DNA of 64,000 nt, taken from the NCBI GenBank assembly GCA_965216875.1, contig OZ244207.1:1824001-1888000 (forward strand). The letters run 5' to 3'. Below are positions 1-10,165 of the stretch, in pieces. How positions within the stretch are numbered: the first letter of the stretch is position 1; every line of letters begins with the position of its first letter. The position numbers were made by a program, and so were the translations under genes. A model generated the notes under the pieces. The model did no database searches. It had not been told where the DNA came from and saw only the letters and a program-made list of their open reading frames with translations. This stretch comes from Rubripirellula sp. (lineage in GTDB: Bacteria > Planctomycetota > Planctomycetia > Pirellulales > Pirellulaceae).

Positions 1-83
1 GCGGCACCAGCAATGGTACGATGGCCCACTGGCAAGTCGAGATTCTTTCGCTGAAACCGCTCGGTCAAGCAACGGGTAGCTAG
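1..83 (+). CDS. 3' end of an upstream CDS (partial, product unknown)
   Basis: Open frame from position 3 (GTSNGTMAHWQVEILSLKPLGQATGS) to TAG at 81-83, co-oriented with the next gene. Confidence 0.35.
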   Translation, partial: GTSNGTMAHWQVEILSLKPLGQATGS

Positions 84-133
84 GGGTATGCGATTGAAAA
101 GGGGCGACCAACAGACAACCAAGAGGACAACGA

Positions 134-985
134 ATGTTGATTCATGCTTCCGCACTTGTGCTGGCTTTGACGGTACTTGCCGAAGGTGCGGCCGAGCCAC
201 TTCTTGAGTACGACATCCGTGAGAAAATCGTCTACAGCACGGTCGACGATCGCGAGTTGCTGTTGGATGCCTTTGTGCCGAAAGAGGAAGGTGAGTTTCC
301 GGCGGTTCTGGTGGTCCATGGTGGGGCCTGGCGAATGGGTGATCGCTACCAGCTTCGGGGGTACGCCAAGGAGCTTACCAAGCGAGGCTTCGTCTGCTTT
401 TTGATTGATTATCGATTGGCACCCAAGCACAAGTTTCCAGCGCAGATCGAAGATTGCCGAGCCGCGGTGAAGTGGATTCGCGAAAACGCTACCGAGTACA
501 AAGCGGACGCCGATCGGTTGGGCGCAATCGGCTACTCCGCTGGCGGTCACCTTGTCTCGTTGCTGGGGACGACCGGCCAAGGACCGAGCAAAGACAACGG
601 AAATGTTGATATGCGGATCCAAGCGGTGGTGGCGGGCGGCGCGCCTACCGATTTTCGTTGGTTTCCCGACAAGGGCAATTGGGCCGAGTATTGGATGGGC
701 GGCAATCTCGACACGGTTCCCGACAAGTTTCGCGATGCATCCTCGGCTGCGTTCGCGGACAAAAGCGACCCGCCGATGTTCTTCTTTAACGGCACGAAAG
801 ATGAACTTGTGCCAGTGACGTGGACGTTGTCTTGCGTCAACGCACTCAAAGCATGCGGCGTCCAATGTGAGTTGTACGAAATCGAAGACGCCGATCACAT
901 GGGCGCGGCCGCCGACCAAACCGCACTTCGCAAAGCCTACGAGTTTCTGCAATCGGAGTTGAAGCCGCCCAAAGATAAGGACTGA
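134..985 (+). CDS. Secreted alpha/beta hydrolase (HSL/BD-FAE-like esterase)
   Basis: Signal peptide, HGGAW oxyanion motif, DYRLAP, GYSAGG nucleophile elbow, D-x-LVP and C-terminal His; GAGGA RBS upstream. Confidence 0.9.
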   Translation: MLIHASALVLALTVLAEGAAEPLLEYDIREKIVYSTVDDRELLLDAFVPKEEGEFPAVLVVHGGAWRMGDRYQLRGYAKELTKRGFVCFLIDYRLAPKHKFPAQIEDCRAAVKWIRENATEYKADADRLGAIGYSAGGHLVSLLGTTGQGPSKDNGNVDMRIQAVVAGGAPTDFRWFPDKGNWAEYWMGGNLDTVPDKFRDASSAAFADKSDPPMFFFNGTKDELVPVTWTLSCVNALKACGVQCELYEIEDADHMGAAADQTALRKAYEFLQSELKPPKDKD

Positions 986-1091
986 TTGGAATTCGCGCGC
1001 CCCGGCACGCGCCCGAGAATGCCACTAAACTGATCTTTCTGTCGGCGCTTGGTCCGGCGAATCAGTTTCATCGAAGTAGGCAACGTGAAAG

Positions 1092-2483
1092 ATGGCGGAA
1101 GCAGCGCAGAAGTCGGGAAGCAAAAAGGTACTCGGTTGCTTGTTGATTGTGCTGGGGCTGCCAGTCCTACTTTGCTGTGGGTTGGCAACGACATGGTTTG
1201 TCCGCGAGTCGTCGGCCAGGGCTGAAGTTGACCGCATGCTCAGCGAACTGGAAGAGCGTGGACAGCCGATTGGGAACGAATCGTTGACGCGTTATCGCGC
1301 GTCGCTGTCCAGTGATGAAAACGCGGCTCGGTGGATGGCCCTTTTGGAGCGGATTGGTGCCAAGCCGTTTCAAGACACCACGCGTGGCGTCCCCTTTGTT
1401 GGCGTGGTCCCTGATGCAGCGACGGAGTATCCGGTCCGGGGCGAGGTTTGGATCTACGAGGACGCTGCAAGAGAGTTTTTGGAACAGAGTGCGTCATTGC
1501 GGGCGGAGATGCACGATGTGGTTGAGGGGACTGGCCCCATTCGTACAAAACTCGAGTTCGATTCCTACAACACGTTGCTTCCGTACGTCCAAAACACTCG
1601 CGATGCGGCGCGGATCGTGATGTTGGAAAACCGAGTCGCAGTCCAAGATGGTGATGCCGAGGGTTCGCTGCACGCGATCTTGGCAATGCTTGGGATCGCG
1701 CGATCGATCGAGCATGAGCCATTGATTGTGTCGCAGTTGGTCTATTCGGCGGTCGTTGCCATGGCAGCCAAGGAAATCGGGCACGCTTTGGAAAACGATC
1801 TACTTGATGAGGATCAACTGAATGCCATCGGCAAAGAGCTTGAACATTTCGGTGACTACAAGCGATCGTATCAAGTCGGGATGTCGGGTGAACGCGCCAT
1901 GGTGATGGCCGTATTTGGTGGTGGCGAATCGACGATCGAGGCGGGACCGCCCATTCGGAGTTCGCGTGATCAGTTGGCGTCACTTGAGCTGTTCGAAACG
2001 GCCGAAAAGGCAATCGAGGAAGCGACGATGGCTGACTTTCTAGAACGACTTGATCAGCACGATTCGTTGATCACTCAACGCATTTCGAGCGGTAACCTTT
2101 TGACTCAGTTTGACACGATGCTGACAGGACTATTGATGCCGGCGATTCGCCCTTTCGGGCAAGCGTGTGCCGAGACGGCTCAAGAGGTCCGAATGGCGAA
2201 AATCGCGATCGCGCTACGGCAATTCGAACGCAAGTTCGATCGTTGGCCTCAAGACTTGAGTGAATTGACAAAGGTTGGTGTCGATTCGGGCAGCGCGGAT
2301 TTTGTTCCGTTTGGCGGGAAGCCATTCGGTTACAAGGTCGTGGATAACGAGGTCGAACTCTGGGCGTTTCCAATCAGTTCGGGGGTTCGCGAAACTCCCG
2401 CAGAACCCAAGCTTTTGTCGTCTCTTGAAGAACGCGAGGCCGAACAATGGGGACGATGGCAATGGAAGCTGCAACGCGATTGA
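1092..2483 (+). CDS. Membrane-anchored hypothetical protein with pseudopilin-like C-terminal segment
   Basis: 463-aa ORF; N-terminal TM helix; C-terminal 'IALRQFERKFDRWPQDLSEL...PFGGKPFGY'. Confidence 0.75.
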   Translation: MAEAAQKSGSKKVLGCLLIVLGLPVLLCCGLATTWFVRESSARAEVDRMLSELEERGQPIGNESLTRYRASLSSDENAARWMALLERIGAKPFQDTTRGVPFVGVVPDAATEYPVRGEVWIYEDAAREFLEQSASLRAEMHDVVEGTGPIRTKLEFDSYNTLLPYVQNTRDAARIVMLENRVAVQDGDAEGSLHAILAMLGIARSIEHEPLIVSQLVYSAVVAMAAKEIGHALENDLLDEDQLNAIGKELEHFGDYKRSYQVGMSGERAMVMAVFGGGESTIEAGPPIRSSRDQLASLELFETAEKAIEEATMADFLERLDQHDSLITQRISSGNLLTQFDTMLTGLLMPAIRPFGQACAETAQEVRMAKIAIALRQFERKFDRWPQDLSELTKVGVDSGSADFVPFGGKPFGYKVVDNEVELWAFPISSGVRETPAEPKLLSSLEEREAEQWGRWQWKLQRD

Positions 2484-2520
2484 TGTTATCGTTGCCACAA
2501 GTTCTCTTACGGCTGTCGCA

Positions 2521-3894
2521 TCATTGACGTTTGATGCAATAGAGCCGCTTGGTGGTCCGGATCAATAGCCGGTCCCCGACGATCGCGGGTGTTGCCATGG
2601 CCATATCGTCGTCACCGAGAGAATTCGTTTCAAGTTGCTCGAATTCGGTCCCGGCTTTGAAGACCAACGTCTCGCCGTCTTCGTTGAGGCAAAAGATCTT
2701 GCCGTTATAGGCCCACGGCGAAGAAGTGAATCCGGACTTTCCGATCCTTCGCTTTTTGATCACCCCCGTGCCGTCGTTTGCATTATAGGCGGCAAAGAAA
2801 CCAAAGTCGTAGAGGACGTAAACGATTCCTTCGTAGCCGATGGTTGTCGGGTTGTAGGGGGCTCCCTTTGGTTGGCTCCAAGCGATGAATTCGTTGCTTG
2901 TTGAATCGTCCTTCAAGGAAACATCACCGGAGGCACCGGGACGAATCGCGTACAGAGGGCGCGTTTGGTCGCCAACGTAGCCGGAGCTGACGATCAGCAA
3001 GTCGTTGTGTACATAGGGAGTGGCAATCGTGATGCTCGACATCCCTTCAATTGACCAAAGTTCGTTGCCATCGAGATCGTACGATCGGATGCGTCCGGTA
3101 CCCGGAGTGACGATTTCGGTTCGTTGTTTGTTGCGCCAAATGAAAGGTGATGCCCAATTGCTCTTTTCCTCGCGCGGAGTCCGCCAGATCTGTTGCCCCG
3201 TCGTTTTGTCGAGAGCGAGCAAGTAGGAGTCGTCTTCGTTGTCGTTAACGATGTAGAGGCGATCTTCATGAAGGACTGGCGACGCCGCGTAACCCCAACC
3301 GTAGCGAGTTGAACGTGGCTTGATGGGGCGATCCCAAATCTGATCACCAGCAAGGTCAAAGCAATAGACGCCCAGGCCGCCGAATAACACATACAGATGT
3401 TCGCCGTCGGTCACGGGCGTTTCCGATGCGTAGCTGCTCTTGATATGGATGGCTGTCTTCGGAAGACCTTCGTGAACCATCTTCTTCCAGATCACATTTC
3501 CCGATTCGAGATCAAGGCAATAGACCCACCACTGATGGTTGGACTCGGGTGGTTTGGGGCGATTACCACCGAAGTAAAGTCCCTTCTTCGCAGGTTCGGT
3601 TTCACCGTCGCTGGTGACGGTCGTTATGAACACTCGCTTGCTGACGACGATCGGCGATGACCAACCGCGACCAGGTAAATCGGTTTTCCAGGCAATGTTG
3701 GTATCGCTCGACCAAGTTTCGGGAAGTTGGTTGTTGGTCGCCACCACACCCGACGCGTTTGCACCTCGAAACTGATTCCAGCTCGAACTCGGTTCGTTGG
3801 CTTGCAACCAGGAGCAAAGCACTAGCGATGTCAACAGACCGCAGTGGCTTGCAAGGGAACGTTGGAAGATGCGATCGCGTGAAGTTTGGTGCAT
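2521..3894 (-). CDS. PQQ-binding-like beta-propeller protein (BamB-like, planctomycete type)
   Basis: WNQFRG, WKTDLPGRGWSSP, repeated A-L-D-x-x-T-G-x-x-x-W blades; start moved to ATG 3894 (GGAGA RBS). Confidence 0.9.
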   Translation of the reverse strand: MHQTSRDRIFQRSLASHCGLLTSLVLCSWLQANEPSSSWNQFRGANASGVVATNNQLPETWSSDTNIAWKTDLPGRGWSSPIVVSKRVFITTVTSDGETEPAKKGLYFGGNRPKPPESNHQWWVYCLDLESGNVIWKKMVHEGLPKTAIHIKSSYASETPVTDGEHLYVLFGGLGVYCFDLAGDQIWDRPIKPRSTRYGWGYAASPVLHEDRLYIVNDNEDDSYLLALDKTTGQQIWRTPREEKSNWASPFIWRNKQRTEIVTPGTGRIRSYDLDGNELWSIEGMSSITIATPYVHNDLLIVSSGYVGDQTRPLYAIRPGASGDVSLKDDSTSNEFIAWSQPKGAPYNPTTIGYEGIVYVLYDFGFFAAYNANDGTGVIKKRRIGKSGFTSSPWAYNGKIFCLNEDGETLVFKAGTEFEQLETNSLGDDDMAMATPAIVGDRLLIRTTKRLYCIKRQ

Positions 3895-3936
3895 CGAAAG
3901 TTCTCCGCGTGGGTGGGCCAATTGAATTTCAGTGTG

Positions 3937-5199
3937 CTAATTGTCGGCTTTGAAGCCGCATTGGGAAAGGATCTTTTCAATGTCACTTTGCGTAACGGTT
4001 TTGGGCGACAATTCAATCATCGCTGTCAGTTGCATCGCGTTCTCGGCGATGTTGGACCGAGTGCTGTTATTGTTGCTCAGGTCGGCTGCCGAGCGCGGTA
4101 GCCCGAGGGCGCCACTGAGTGCTTCAATGAATTCGATCGTCGCGTCGATAGCGTCTGATTCCGACAGCTTCGACGCTCCGTCGATCCCAAGCAGCTCAGC
4201 CAGTTTCCCGATCCGCTTTGCTCGAGTGTCGCTCCAAAAGCGCAAAACGTGCGGCAAGACCAGGGCCATCGCCTGGCCGTATTTGCAGCTACATTGAGAG
4301 CGAATCGCGTTTGCCAACGCGTGTGTGAGTGAACGACCGCAGTTGGCCGCTGCTGACCCAGCGAGTGATGCGCCGAGTCCGAGACTTGTTCGGCTTGCCA
4401 GGTGGTCGGGGTCTTGGGCAACGCTCTTGAAACTCGGTCCGATGAGTGAGATCGCGCGCTCGGCATAGAGGTCGCCAAGGGGATGATTCCCTTCAAAAGG
4501 CAGGCCAGAATCGAGGTCTTCGGGGAACTGAAAAAAGTTGGTAGCGAGATACGCTTCGATCGCAGAAGCCAACGCCGTCATTCCACTTGCTGCGGTTACC
4601 TCCTCGGGGCAAGTCAACGCCAGCTGTGGATCGACGAATGCCGCGATGGGGCGAAGTGGTTCGCCCAAAATCATCTTTGGAAGGGAGGCGGCGGATGTTC
4701 TGATCTGGGCTGCGTCCGTTGCTTCGCTGCCACTGCCCGCGGTCGTTGGGATCGCAATCGTTGGGATTGATTGGTGACTCGGCGGGATCCGCAGGAGTGC
4801 TGTCGAATTTATATCAGCGAACAACTGTGTCGTTGTTGCTTCGTCATTGGCTGCGAACAGCGAAACGGTTTTCGCGAGATCGAGATTGCTGCCACCACCA
4901 AGGCCAATGAGCAGGTCGGCGCCAAATTCAGATGCTGCGTCGGCAATGTCCTTTGCCGTTTCGATCGTTGGCGATTCGCTTCCCCCAGTGTTGATCATCG
5001 ATTGAGCGTTGCTTTGGTCGATCGCCGTTTGCAACATCTGTGTCGCAGCGTTCTTCTCGAGTCGCAAATCGGTCACGACCAAGACGCGATTGAATTTGTG
5101 TCGGTTGATCCATCCACCGACCGCACCTATCGATCCCGGTCCAAAACAAAGTTGGTTCGACGCAACGAAGTTCCAGGTTGTGCGGCGAATGTTCATCAT
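3937..5199 (-). CDS. Iron-containing alcohol dehydrogenase family homologue (metal ligands degenerate)
   Basis: FGPG, GLGGGSNLDLAK, IPTTAGSGSEAT, P-x-x-A-F-V-D-P motifs. Confidence 0.85.
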   Translation of the reverse strand: MMNIRRTTWNFVASNQLCFGPGSIGAVGGWINRHKFNRVLVVTDLRLEKNAATQMLQTAIDQSNAQSMINTGGSESPTIETAKDIADAASEFGADLLIGLGGGSNLDLAKTVSLFAANDEATTTQLFADINSTALLRIPPSHQSIPTIAIPTTAGSGSEATDAAQIRTSAASLPKMILGEPLRPIAAFVDPQLALTCPEEVTAASGMTALASAIEAYLATNFFQFPEDLDSGLPFEGNHPLGDLYAERAISLIGPSFKSVAQDPDHLASRTSLGLGASLAGSAAANCGRSLTHALANAIRSQCSCKYGQAMALVLPHVLRFWSDTRAKRIGKLAELLGIDGASKLSESDAIDATIEFIEALSGALGLPRSAADLSNNNSTRSNIAENAMQLTAMIELSPKTVTQSDIEKILSQCGFKADN

Positions 5200-5367
5200 G
5201 GCATGTGGTCCATTGTCTTTTTAGGTCGCTGTTGGCATTGCGCCGTTGGAGACCGAGGTGCAACGCGATCGCCATGATGTGTCGTTGTGTATCAGAACTG
5301 TTTCAGTTGCGTAACGTCGCTCGGGTCGTTTTCGCAAGAACGAAAGGTTTTCACTTGGGGGGAAAGC

Positions 5368-5401
5368 TTGACGCTGTTTTTGAGCGACAAAATAATCGCT
5401 C
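5368..5401 (+). promoter_or_regulatory. Putative sigma70 promoter (TTGACG-N17-AATAAT) overlapped by inverted repeat GAGCGA-N8-TCGCTC
   Basis: Read directly from sequence upstream of the IclR gene. Confidence 0.5.
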
Positions 5402-5532
5402 CCGATGCTTCCAGGTTGCTTGTGAAGGGGCGACGCACTCGAGTCGACGTGAAGGTATCGAACCCTTTGATCGCTGTCATGCGGTCATTGCCTTATCTGC
5501 CTAATCTCCTTTTCACCTGACGAGTAAGAGAC

Positions 5533-6342
5533 TTGCCAGCGACCAAAGAAGAGACGAAGGATTCGTTGTTGTTTCGATCGGGCGACCCCGATTTCATGAC
5601 CTCGCTTGCTCGCGGGTTGGAAGTGCTGCGAGCGTTTTCCCAGAGCGAAGGTCAACTCACGACGGTTCAAATCTGCAAGATGACCGGCTTGTCACGAGCC
5701 GTTGTCCGACGCTGTTTGTACACGCTTTCCGAAGCGGGGTATGTGGTTTCGGGTAAGTCGGGTTTCCGGCTCAAAGCCAAGGTGCTTTCGCTCTCGCAGC
5801 CCTACTACCTGGCGTCGGATTCGTTGCCGGCGCTCGCACAGCCATTGATGGAACGCGTCAGCGAAGAGACGGGTGAATGCTGTGGATTGGGAATCTTAGA
5901 AGGGAGTGACGTTGTCTACGTTGCGCGTACCGCACCGCGGCGATTGCCAGCCGCGTCGCTTACCGTGGGGAGTCGATTGCCAGCCCCTTACACGTCACTC
6001 GGACGCGTGTTGTTGTCCCAATTGACGGAAGAAGAATTGGAAGACGCACTCGAACGGTTTGCTTTCACGCGTCATACACAGCTTTCGATCGTATCGCCCG
6101 GTGACCTGGCACGAGCGATTGATCAGGCACGCCAACGTGGTTCGGCCATTGTCGATCAGGAATTGGAGACGGGTGTTCGGGCGGTTGCCGTTCCCGTTCT
6201 CGATCCGAATACCGGCCAGTGCATTGCCGCGATGAACGTCTGCGTCGAAGCGGGGCGAGTGACCGTCGATGACTTGCAACATCGAATCATGCCACGTTTA
6301 AGAACGGCAACCATGCAACTGACTGAATCCCTGGCCGATTAG
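5533..6342 (+). CDS. IclR family transcriptional regulator, PcaR/PobR subgroup
   Basis: DFMTSLARGLEVL, TGLSRAVVRRCLYTL HTH, VGSRLPA, TSLGRVLL, DQELETGVRAVAVP. Confidence 0.92.
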   Translation: MPATKEETKDSLLFRSGDPDFMTSLARGLEVLRAFSQSEGQLTTVQICKMTGLSRAVVRRCLYTLSEAGYVVSGKSGFRLKAKVLSLSQPYYLASDSLPALAQPLMERVSEETGECCGLGILEGSDVVYVARTAPRRLPAASLTVGSRLPAPYTSLGRVLLSQLTEEELEDALERFAFTRHTQLSIVSPGDLARAIDQARQRGSAIVDQELETGVRAVAVPVLDPNTGQCIAAMNVCVEAGRVTVDDLQHRIMPRLRTATMQLTESLAD

Positions 6343-6348
6343 AAAACG

Positions 6349-8115
6349 TTAGTTGCCGGCTGGCGGAAGCAGGAAACAGATCGCTTGACGATCGTTTCGA
6401 ACCAACAAGTGGCGTCCGGCGATCGTCGGGACGTTCCAGGTTTTCGAATCCATCGCGTCGATTCGAAGAATCTCTTCGTAACGATCGGGCGTGACCGAGA
6501 CGAAGGCGACATCGCCATCCTCGGCTTGACCGATGATCACATCGTCGGCGAGGAGGATCTGGCCCTGTTGAAAACGACTCCGTCGCGGCTGTGACCAGAG
6601 CCGTTTGCCCTGTTCAAGATCGACAGCTTCCAGCGATCCATTGCTGATCGCGTAGGCGATGTTGCCAACAACACAAGCGTGCGTGAATTTCGTTTTGAGT
6701 ATGTTGCTCTTGGCCCAAACCGCTTCTGCCTGCATCTCGCCCCCTTGAAGAGTCACTTCAACAAGTGCACTTCCGCCACCATAGCCTTTGCCCACTAAGA
6801 ATCGATTCTCGCCTGCGGGGACAACGCTCGCACAATTTGCGTTCGCGTTCGATTTGCCTAGCCATTCGAAACTCCAGAGTTGTTTCCCTGTATCAATCGC
6901 GTGGCCAGAAATGGTGACTTCGTTGACAATCACGATTTGCTTTTGCCCGGCCAATGTCATCACCGTTGGCGAGGCATAACTGATGTTGTCTTCACCGGCG
7001 GTCCAAACGACGTCACCGGTTTCGGCGTCGAGAGCGATCAAGCTGCGGCCGGTGAGTTCATTGCCAAGCGGGCCGCCATACGGCAGGACGCAGAGTTTGC
7101 GATCGCCACTGTCGACGATCGCAGGCGATCCGGAGCGTCCCCATGTGATCAAAGCCTCGGATTGCAGTTGGGTCCAACCGGCGCTGTCGAGGAGGTCGTG
7201 CGTCCAGCGGGTTTCACCCGTTTCAAGGTTGACCGACCAAACGTAACCGGTGGCACTTTGTGCGTAGACAATTCCATCATCAATCGTTGGCGTTGATCTC
7301 GGACCGATGCCGCCAAGCGTGTCCTCGTGACGCGCCTCGATGCTTTGCTTCCACAACATTTCGCCGTCCGCGAGGCGATAGCAGCTGAGCCATTCTTCGT
7401 CGTCGCGTTGTTCGAGCGTGACGGCCCGGTTCGATTCAACGGCAAACGAGGACCACCCTTCACCAATTCCCTGGTTCCAAAGCACTTGGATTTCATCTTG
7501 AGATGTTGGGATCGCAAAACGACGCGATGAGTCGACGCCGCGACGATTCGAACCGAGAAAACCAGCCGAGCTTGCGGTGGACGTTGCCGCATCGGGGGCA
7601 AAATCGGATTCCGTGTCTTCGTTGGTCGCAGTGTCGCTGACTGAGCGGGGTTTCAAGTTGTCGCCCCGAAAACGAAAGCGAAACTGAGGGAACATCTCAC
7701 CGCTGAAACCCTGAAATTGGAAACAGACGACGAGTCCTGCAACGGTCGCCAGGGTGACCGCAGGGACGACACGTTGCGAGCCCGCGCGGCTGGCGAGTCG
7801 ATGGACCTGGAAAACGGCAACCAGGACACCGATGAATCCGATCGCGAACGATGCCATGTTGGCGTACTGGTGGTCCGTGGCGGGGGCGACGAGTTGGGCC
7901 AGCACAATTAACCCGATTGTCGTTGCGGATGTGATGGCCAGACGTCGCATGATGGGTGGAGAGCCTGCCGCAACCGGCACGATGGGCTCGCCCGACGGCG
8001 CGTCCGGGATTTCATTGGCCTCGGCCAGCACAGGGTTTTCTTTCCCATCCTGGGGTGGTTGGTCACCTGGCTGAGGAGATGATTGCTCGTTGTTGGCCAC
8101 GGGTTTCGGTCTCAA
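6349..8115 (-). CDS. Membrane-anchored PQQ-binding-like beta-propeller protein
   Basis: Three N-terminal TM helices, then GEGWSSF, GPRSTPT, SYASP and KTWNVPTI motifs. Confidence 0.88.
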   Translation of the reverse strand: MRPKPVANNEQSSPQPGDQPPQDGKENPVLAEANEIPDAPSGEPIVPVAAGSPPIMRRLAITSATTIGLIVLAQLVAPATDHQYANMASFAIGFIGVLVAVFQVHRLASRAGSQRVVPAVTLATVAGLVVCFQFQGFSGEMFPQFRFRFRGDNLKPRSVSDTATNEDTESDFAPDAATSTASSAGFLGSNRRGVDSSRRFAIPTSQDEIQVLWNQGIGEGWSSFAVESNRAVTLEQRDDEEWLSCYRLADGEMLWKQSIEARHEDTLGGIGPRSTPTIDDGIVYAQSATGYVWSVNLETGETRWTHDLLDSAGWTQLQSEALITWGRSGSPAIVDSGDRKLCVLPYGGPLGNELTGRSLIALDAETGDVVWTAGEDNISYASPTVMTLAGQKQIVIVNEVTISGHAIDTGKQLWSFEWLGKSNANANCASVVPAGENRFLVGKGYGGGSALVEVTLQGGEMQAEAVWAKSNILKTKFTHACVVGNIAYAISNGSLEAVDLEQGKRLWSQPRRSRFQQGQILLADDVIIGQAEDGDVAFVSVTPDRYEEILRIDAMDSKTWNVPTIAGRHLLVRNDRQAICFLLPPAGN

Positions 8116-8284
8116 TCCCTAAGAGTGCGGGTGTGGTGTGCTATCGCAATTCGTTAATTGGTCGCCGATCTTGCGGACATTTTGTTACAAAGTAGACCCT
8201 CTACTGTACCGTGGTGTCGATAACGCTGCGGCCGAGGAATCGTTCGGTCTGCCGCGCGTGGCGTATGGAGAACTGCAGAAGTCG

Positions 8285-9037
8285 ATGATTGAACAATTGC
8301 CCAGCGCAACGGACATCCGCCGATTGACGTTCATTTCGGATCTTCATCTGTTTAGCAGTCGAAGCAACGCGGGCGAGCATCGCGAGATGATTCGACGGGC
8401 GATCGAACGATCCGACCTTTGCGTTTGGGGTGGCGACCTTTTCGATTTTCGCTGGAGTCGCGTGGGGAACGAACAAGCCACGATCGATCACGCGCTCGAA
8501 TGGTTACAGCAGTGGCACGACGAGTTTCCGGAAAAGTCGTTTGTCTTTCTTGACGGGAACCATGACGCCCACGCCGAGTTTTCGAACCAACTCAATGATT
8601 GGGCGAACCAACACCGGCGGTTTCAATGTGGCTTAAATTGCATTCGAGTTCGCGACACGTTGCTGTTGCACGGCGACGTGATTGAAGGTGGCGGTACGCC
8701 AGATGCTTTTGCCGATTATCGTGATCGCTGGAGTGACAAGCCGACGGCGTCGAATATGGCCAGCGGTGTCTACGACTTGGCAATTGCGACCAGGGTGCAT
8801 CGGGCCGCTGCGATTGCAGTTCACCGCCGACGTGCGACCTGTTTGCGGCTGATGCGATGGATGCATCGCCAACCGGCCGAATCGGTCGAAGGCGTCCAGC
8901 GAATCGTCTTTGGGCACACTCATCGCAAGATTAGCGGCTACCGCGTTCAAGGAATCGAATTCCACAATGGAGGGGCGGCGATCCGGCATGTCCCCTTTGC
9001 CCCCGTTCACGTCGAGTTTCCTCGTCCCGGCTCGTGA
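8285..9037 (+). CDS. Calcineurin-like metallophosphoesterase
   Basis: SDLH, GDLFD, GNHD, HGD and GHTH motifs; start moved from 8138 to ATG 8285. Confidence 0.88.
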   Translation: MIEQLPSATDIRRLTFISDLHLFSSRSNAGEHREMIRRAIERSDLCVWGGDLFDFRWSRVGNEQATIDHALEWLQQWHDEFPEKSFVFLDGNHDAHAEFSNQLNDWANQHRRFQCGLNCIRVRDTLLLHGDVIEGGGTPDAFADYRDRWSDKPTASNMASGVYDLAIATRVHRAAAIAVHRRRATCLRLMRWMHRQPAESVEGVQRIVFGHTHRKISGYRVQGIEFHNGGAAIRHVPFAPVHVEFPRPGS

Positions 9038-9171
9038 ACGAGATGAGGCAAGGGATTCATTTTGCGGACTCTGGAATCACGCACCCGTTCTTCCGCAGGG
9101 CGGCCCGTGCGGATAAGATGTGAGCGGTCAACCAAATCCCTTTTCTTACTCCTCGTTGCAGTTGGTCGCCC

Positions 9172-10113
9172 ATGTCGCAGGAAGCGTTCGAAACGTCGCG
9201 TTTGCTGCGTGAAAATATTCAAAAGGTGGTCTTGGGCAAACCGGACGTCGTGCAACTGTTGGTTGTGTCGATGTTGGCCGGTGAACATGTGTTGCTTGAG
9301 GACGTGCCGGGCGTCGGTAAAACGCTCGCCGCCAAAGCCCTCGCACAAAGTATCGACGGTCGCTTTTCAAGACTGCAATTCACTCCTGACCTGCTTCCCA
9401 GTGACATCACCGGGAGCATGATCTACCGCACTGATACGCAAGAGTTTGAATTTAGCGCGGGGCCGATTTTCGCCAATGTCGTTTTGGCTGACGAAATCAA
9501 TCGCGCTCCGCCACGGACGCAGTCCGCGCTACTCGAGGCGATGAGCGAGCGGCAGGTTTCCATCGATGGCAAGACTCACGAGCTGCCGGAACCGTTCATC
9601 GTCGTCGCAACGCAAAACCCGTTTGAGTTCGAGGGTACGTATGCGTTGCCGGAAAGCCAGTTGGACAGGTTCTTGTTGCGGACATCCATTGGGTACCCGG
9701 ACCGTTCGGTCGAACAGCAGGTGATGCTGACGCACCGCCAGGGTGAACCCGTCGACAAGCTCGCCTCGGTGGTGTCGGTCGATCAAGTACGGGCGGCTCA
9801 GGAGTTTGTTCGGAACGTCAAGTTCGATGCAACTTTGGTGGAATACCTATTGGACATCGTCGAAGCGACACGACAGCACGATGGATTCCAGGTCGGCGTA
9901 AGTACTCGAGGTGCATTGAGCTTTTACCGCGGTTGTCAGGCTCGAGCCGTGACCGAGTCGCGCGACTTTGTGACGCCCGATGACGTCAAATCGCTCGCTG
10001 TTGCAGCGTTGGCACACCGCGTACTCCCTGAAGGCATCTTCCAAGGGGCAAGTCGAGAAGCAGTCGAAACACAGATTGCCGACTTGCTTCAACAGATTCC
10101 GGTGCCGGTGTAA
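9172..10113 (+). CDS. moxR: MoxR family AAA+ ATPase
   Basis: EDVPGVGKT Walker A, RLQFTPDLLPSD, LADEINRAPPRTQSALLEAM, GTYALPESQLDRF. Confidence 0.96.
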   Translation: MSQEAFETSRLLRENIQKVVLGKPDVVQLLVVSMLAGEHVLLEDVPGVGKTLAAKALAQSIDGRFSRLQFTPDLLPSDITGSMIYRTDTQEFEFSAGPIFANVVLADEINRAPPRTQSALLEAMSERQVSIDGKTHELPEPFIVVATQNPFEFEGTYALPESQLDRFLLRTSIGYPDRSVEQQVMLTHRQGEPVDKLASVVSVDQVRAAQEFVRNVKFDATLVEYLLDIVEATRQHDGFQVGVSTRGALSFYRGCQARAVTESRDFVTPDDVKSLAVAALAHRVLPEGIFQGASREAVETQIADLLQQIPVPV

Positions 10114-10165
10114 GCCCAGCTCTGGGCTCATCGGTCAACGCGTTGCCTTTCAAGAGCAAACTTGA

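Noticed and set aside
80..952. 290-aa minus-strand ORF and similar antisense ORFs (e.g. 17403, 56847, 60174, 61463)
   Set aside because: They largely or fully overlap well-supported genes on the opposite strand and carry no motifs
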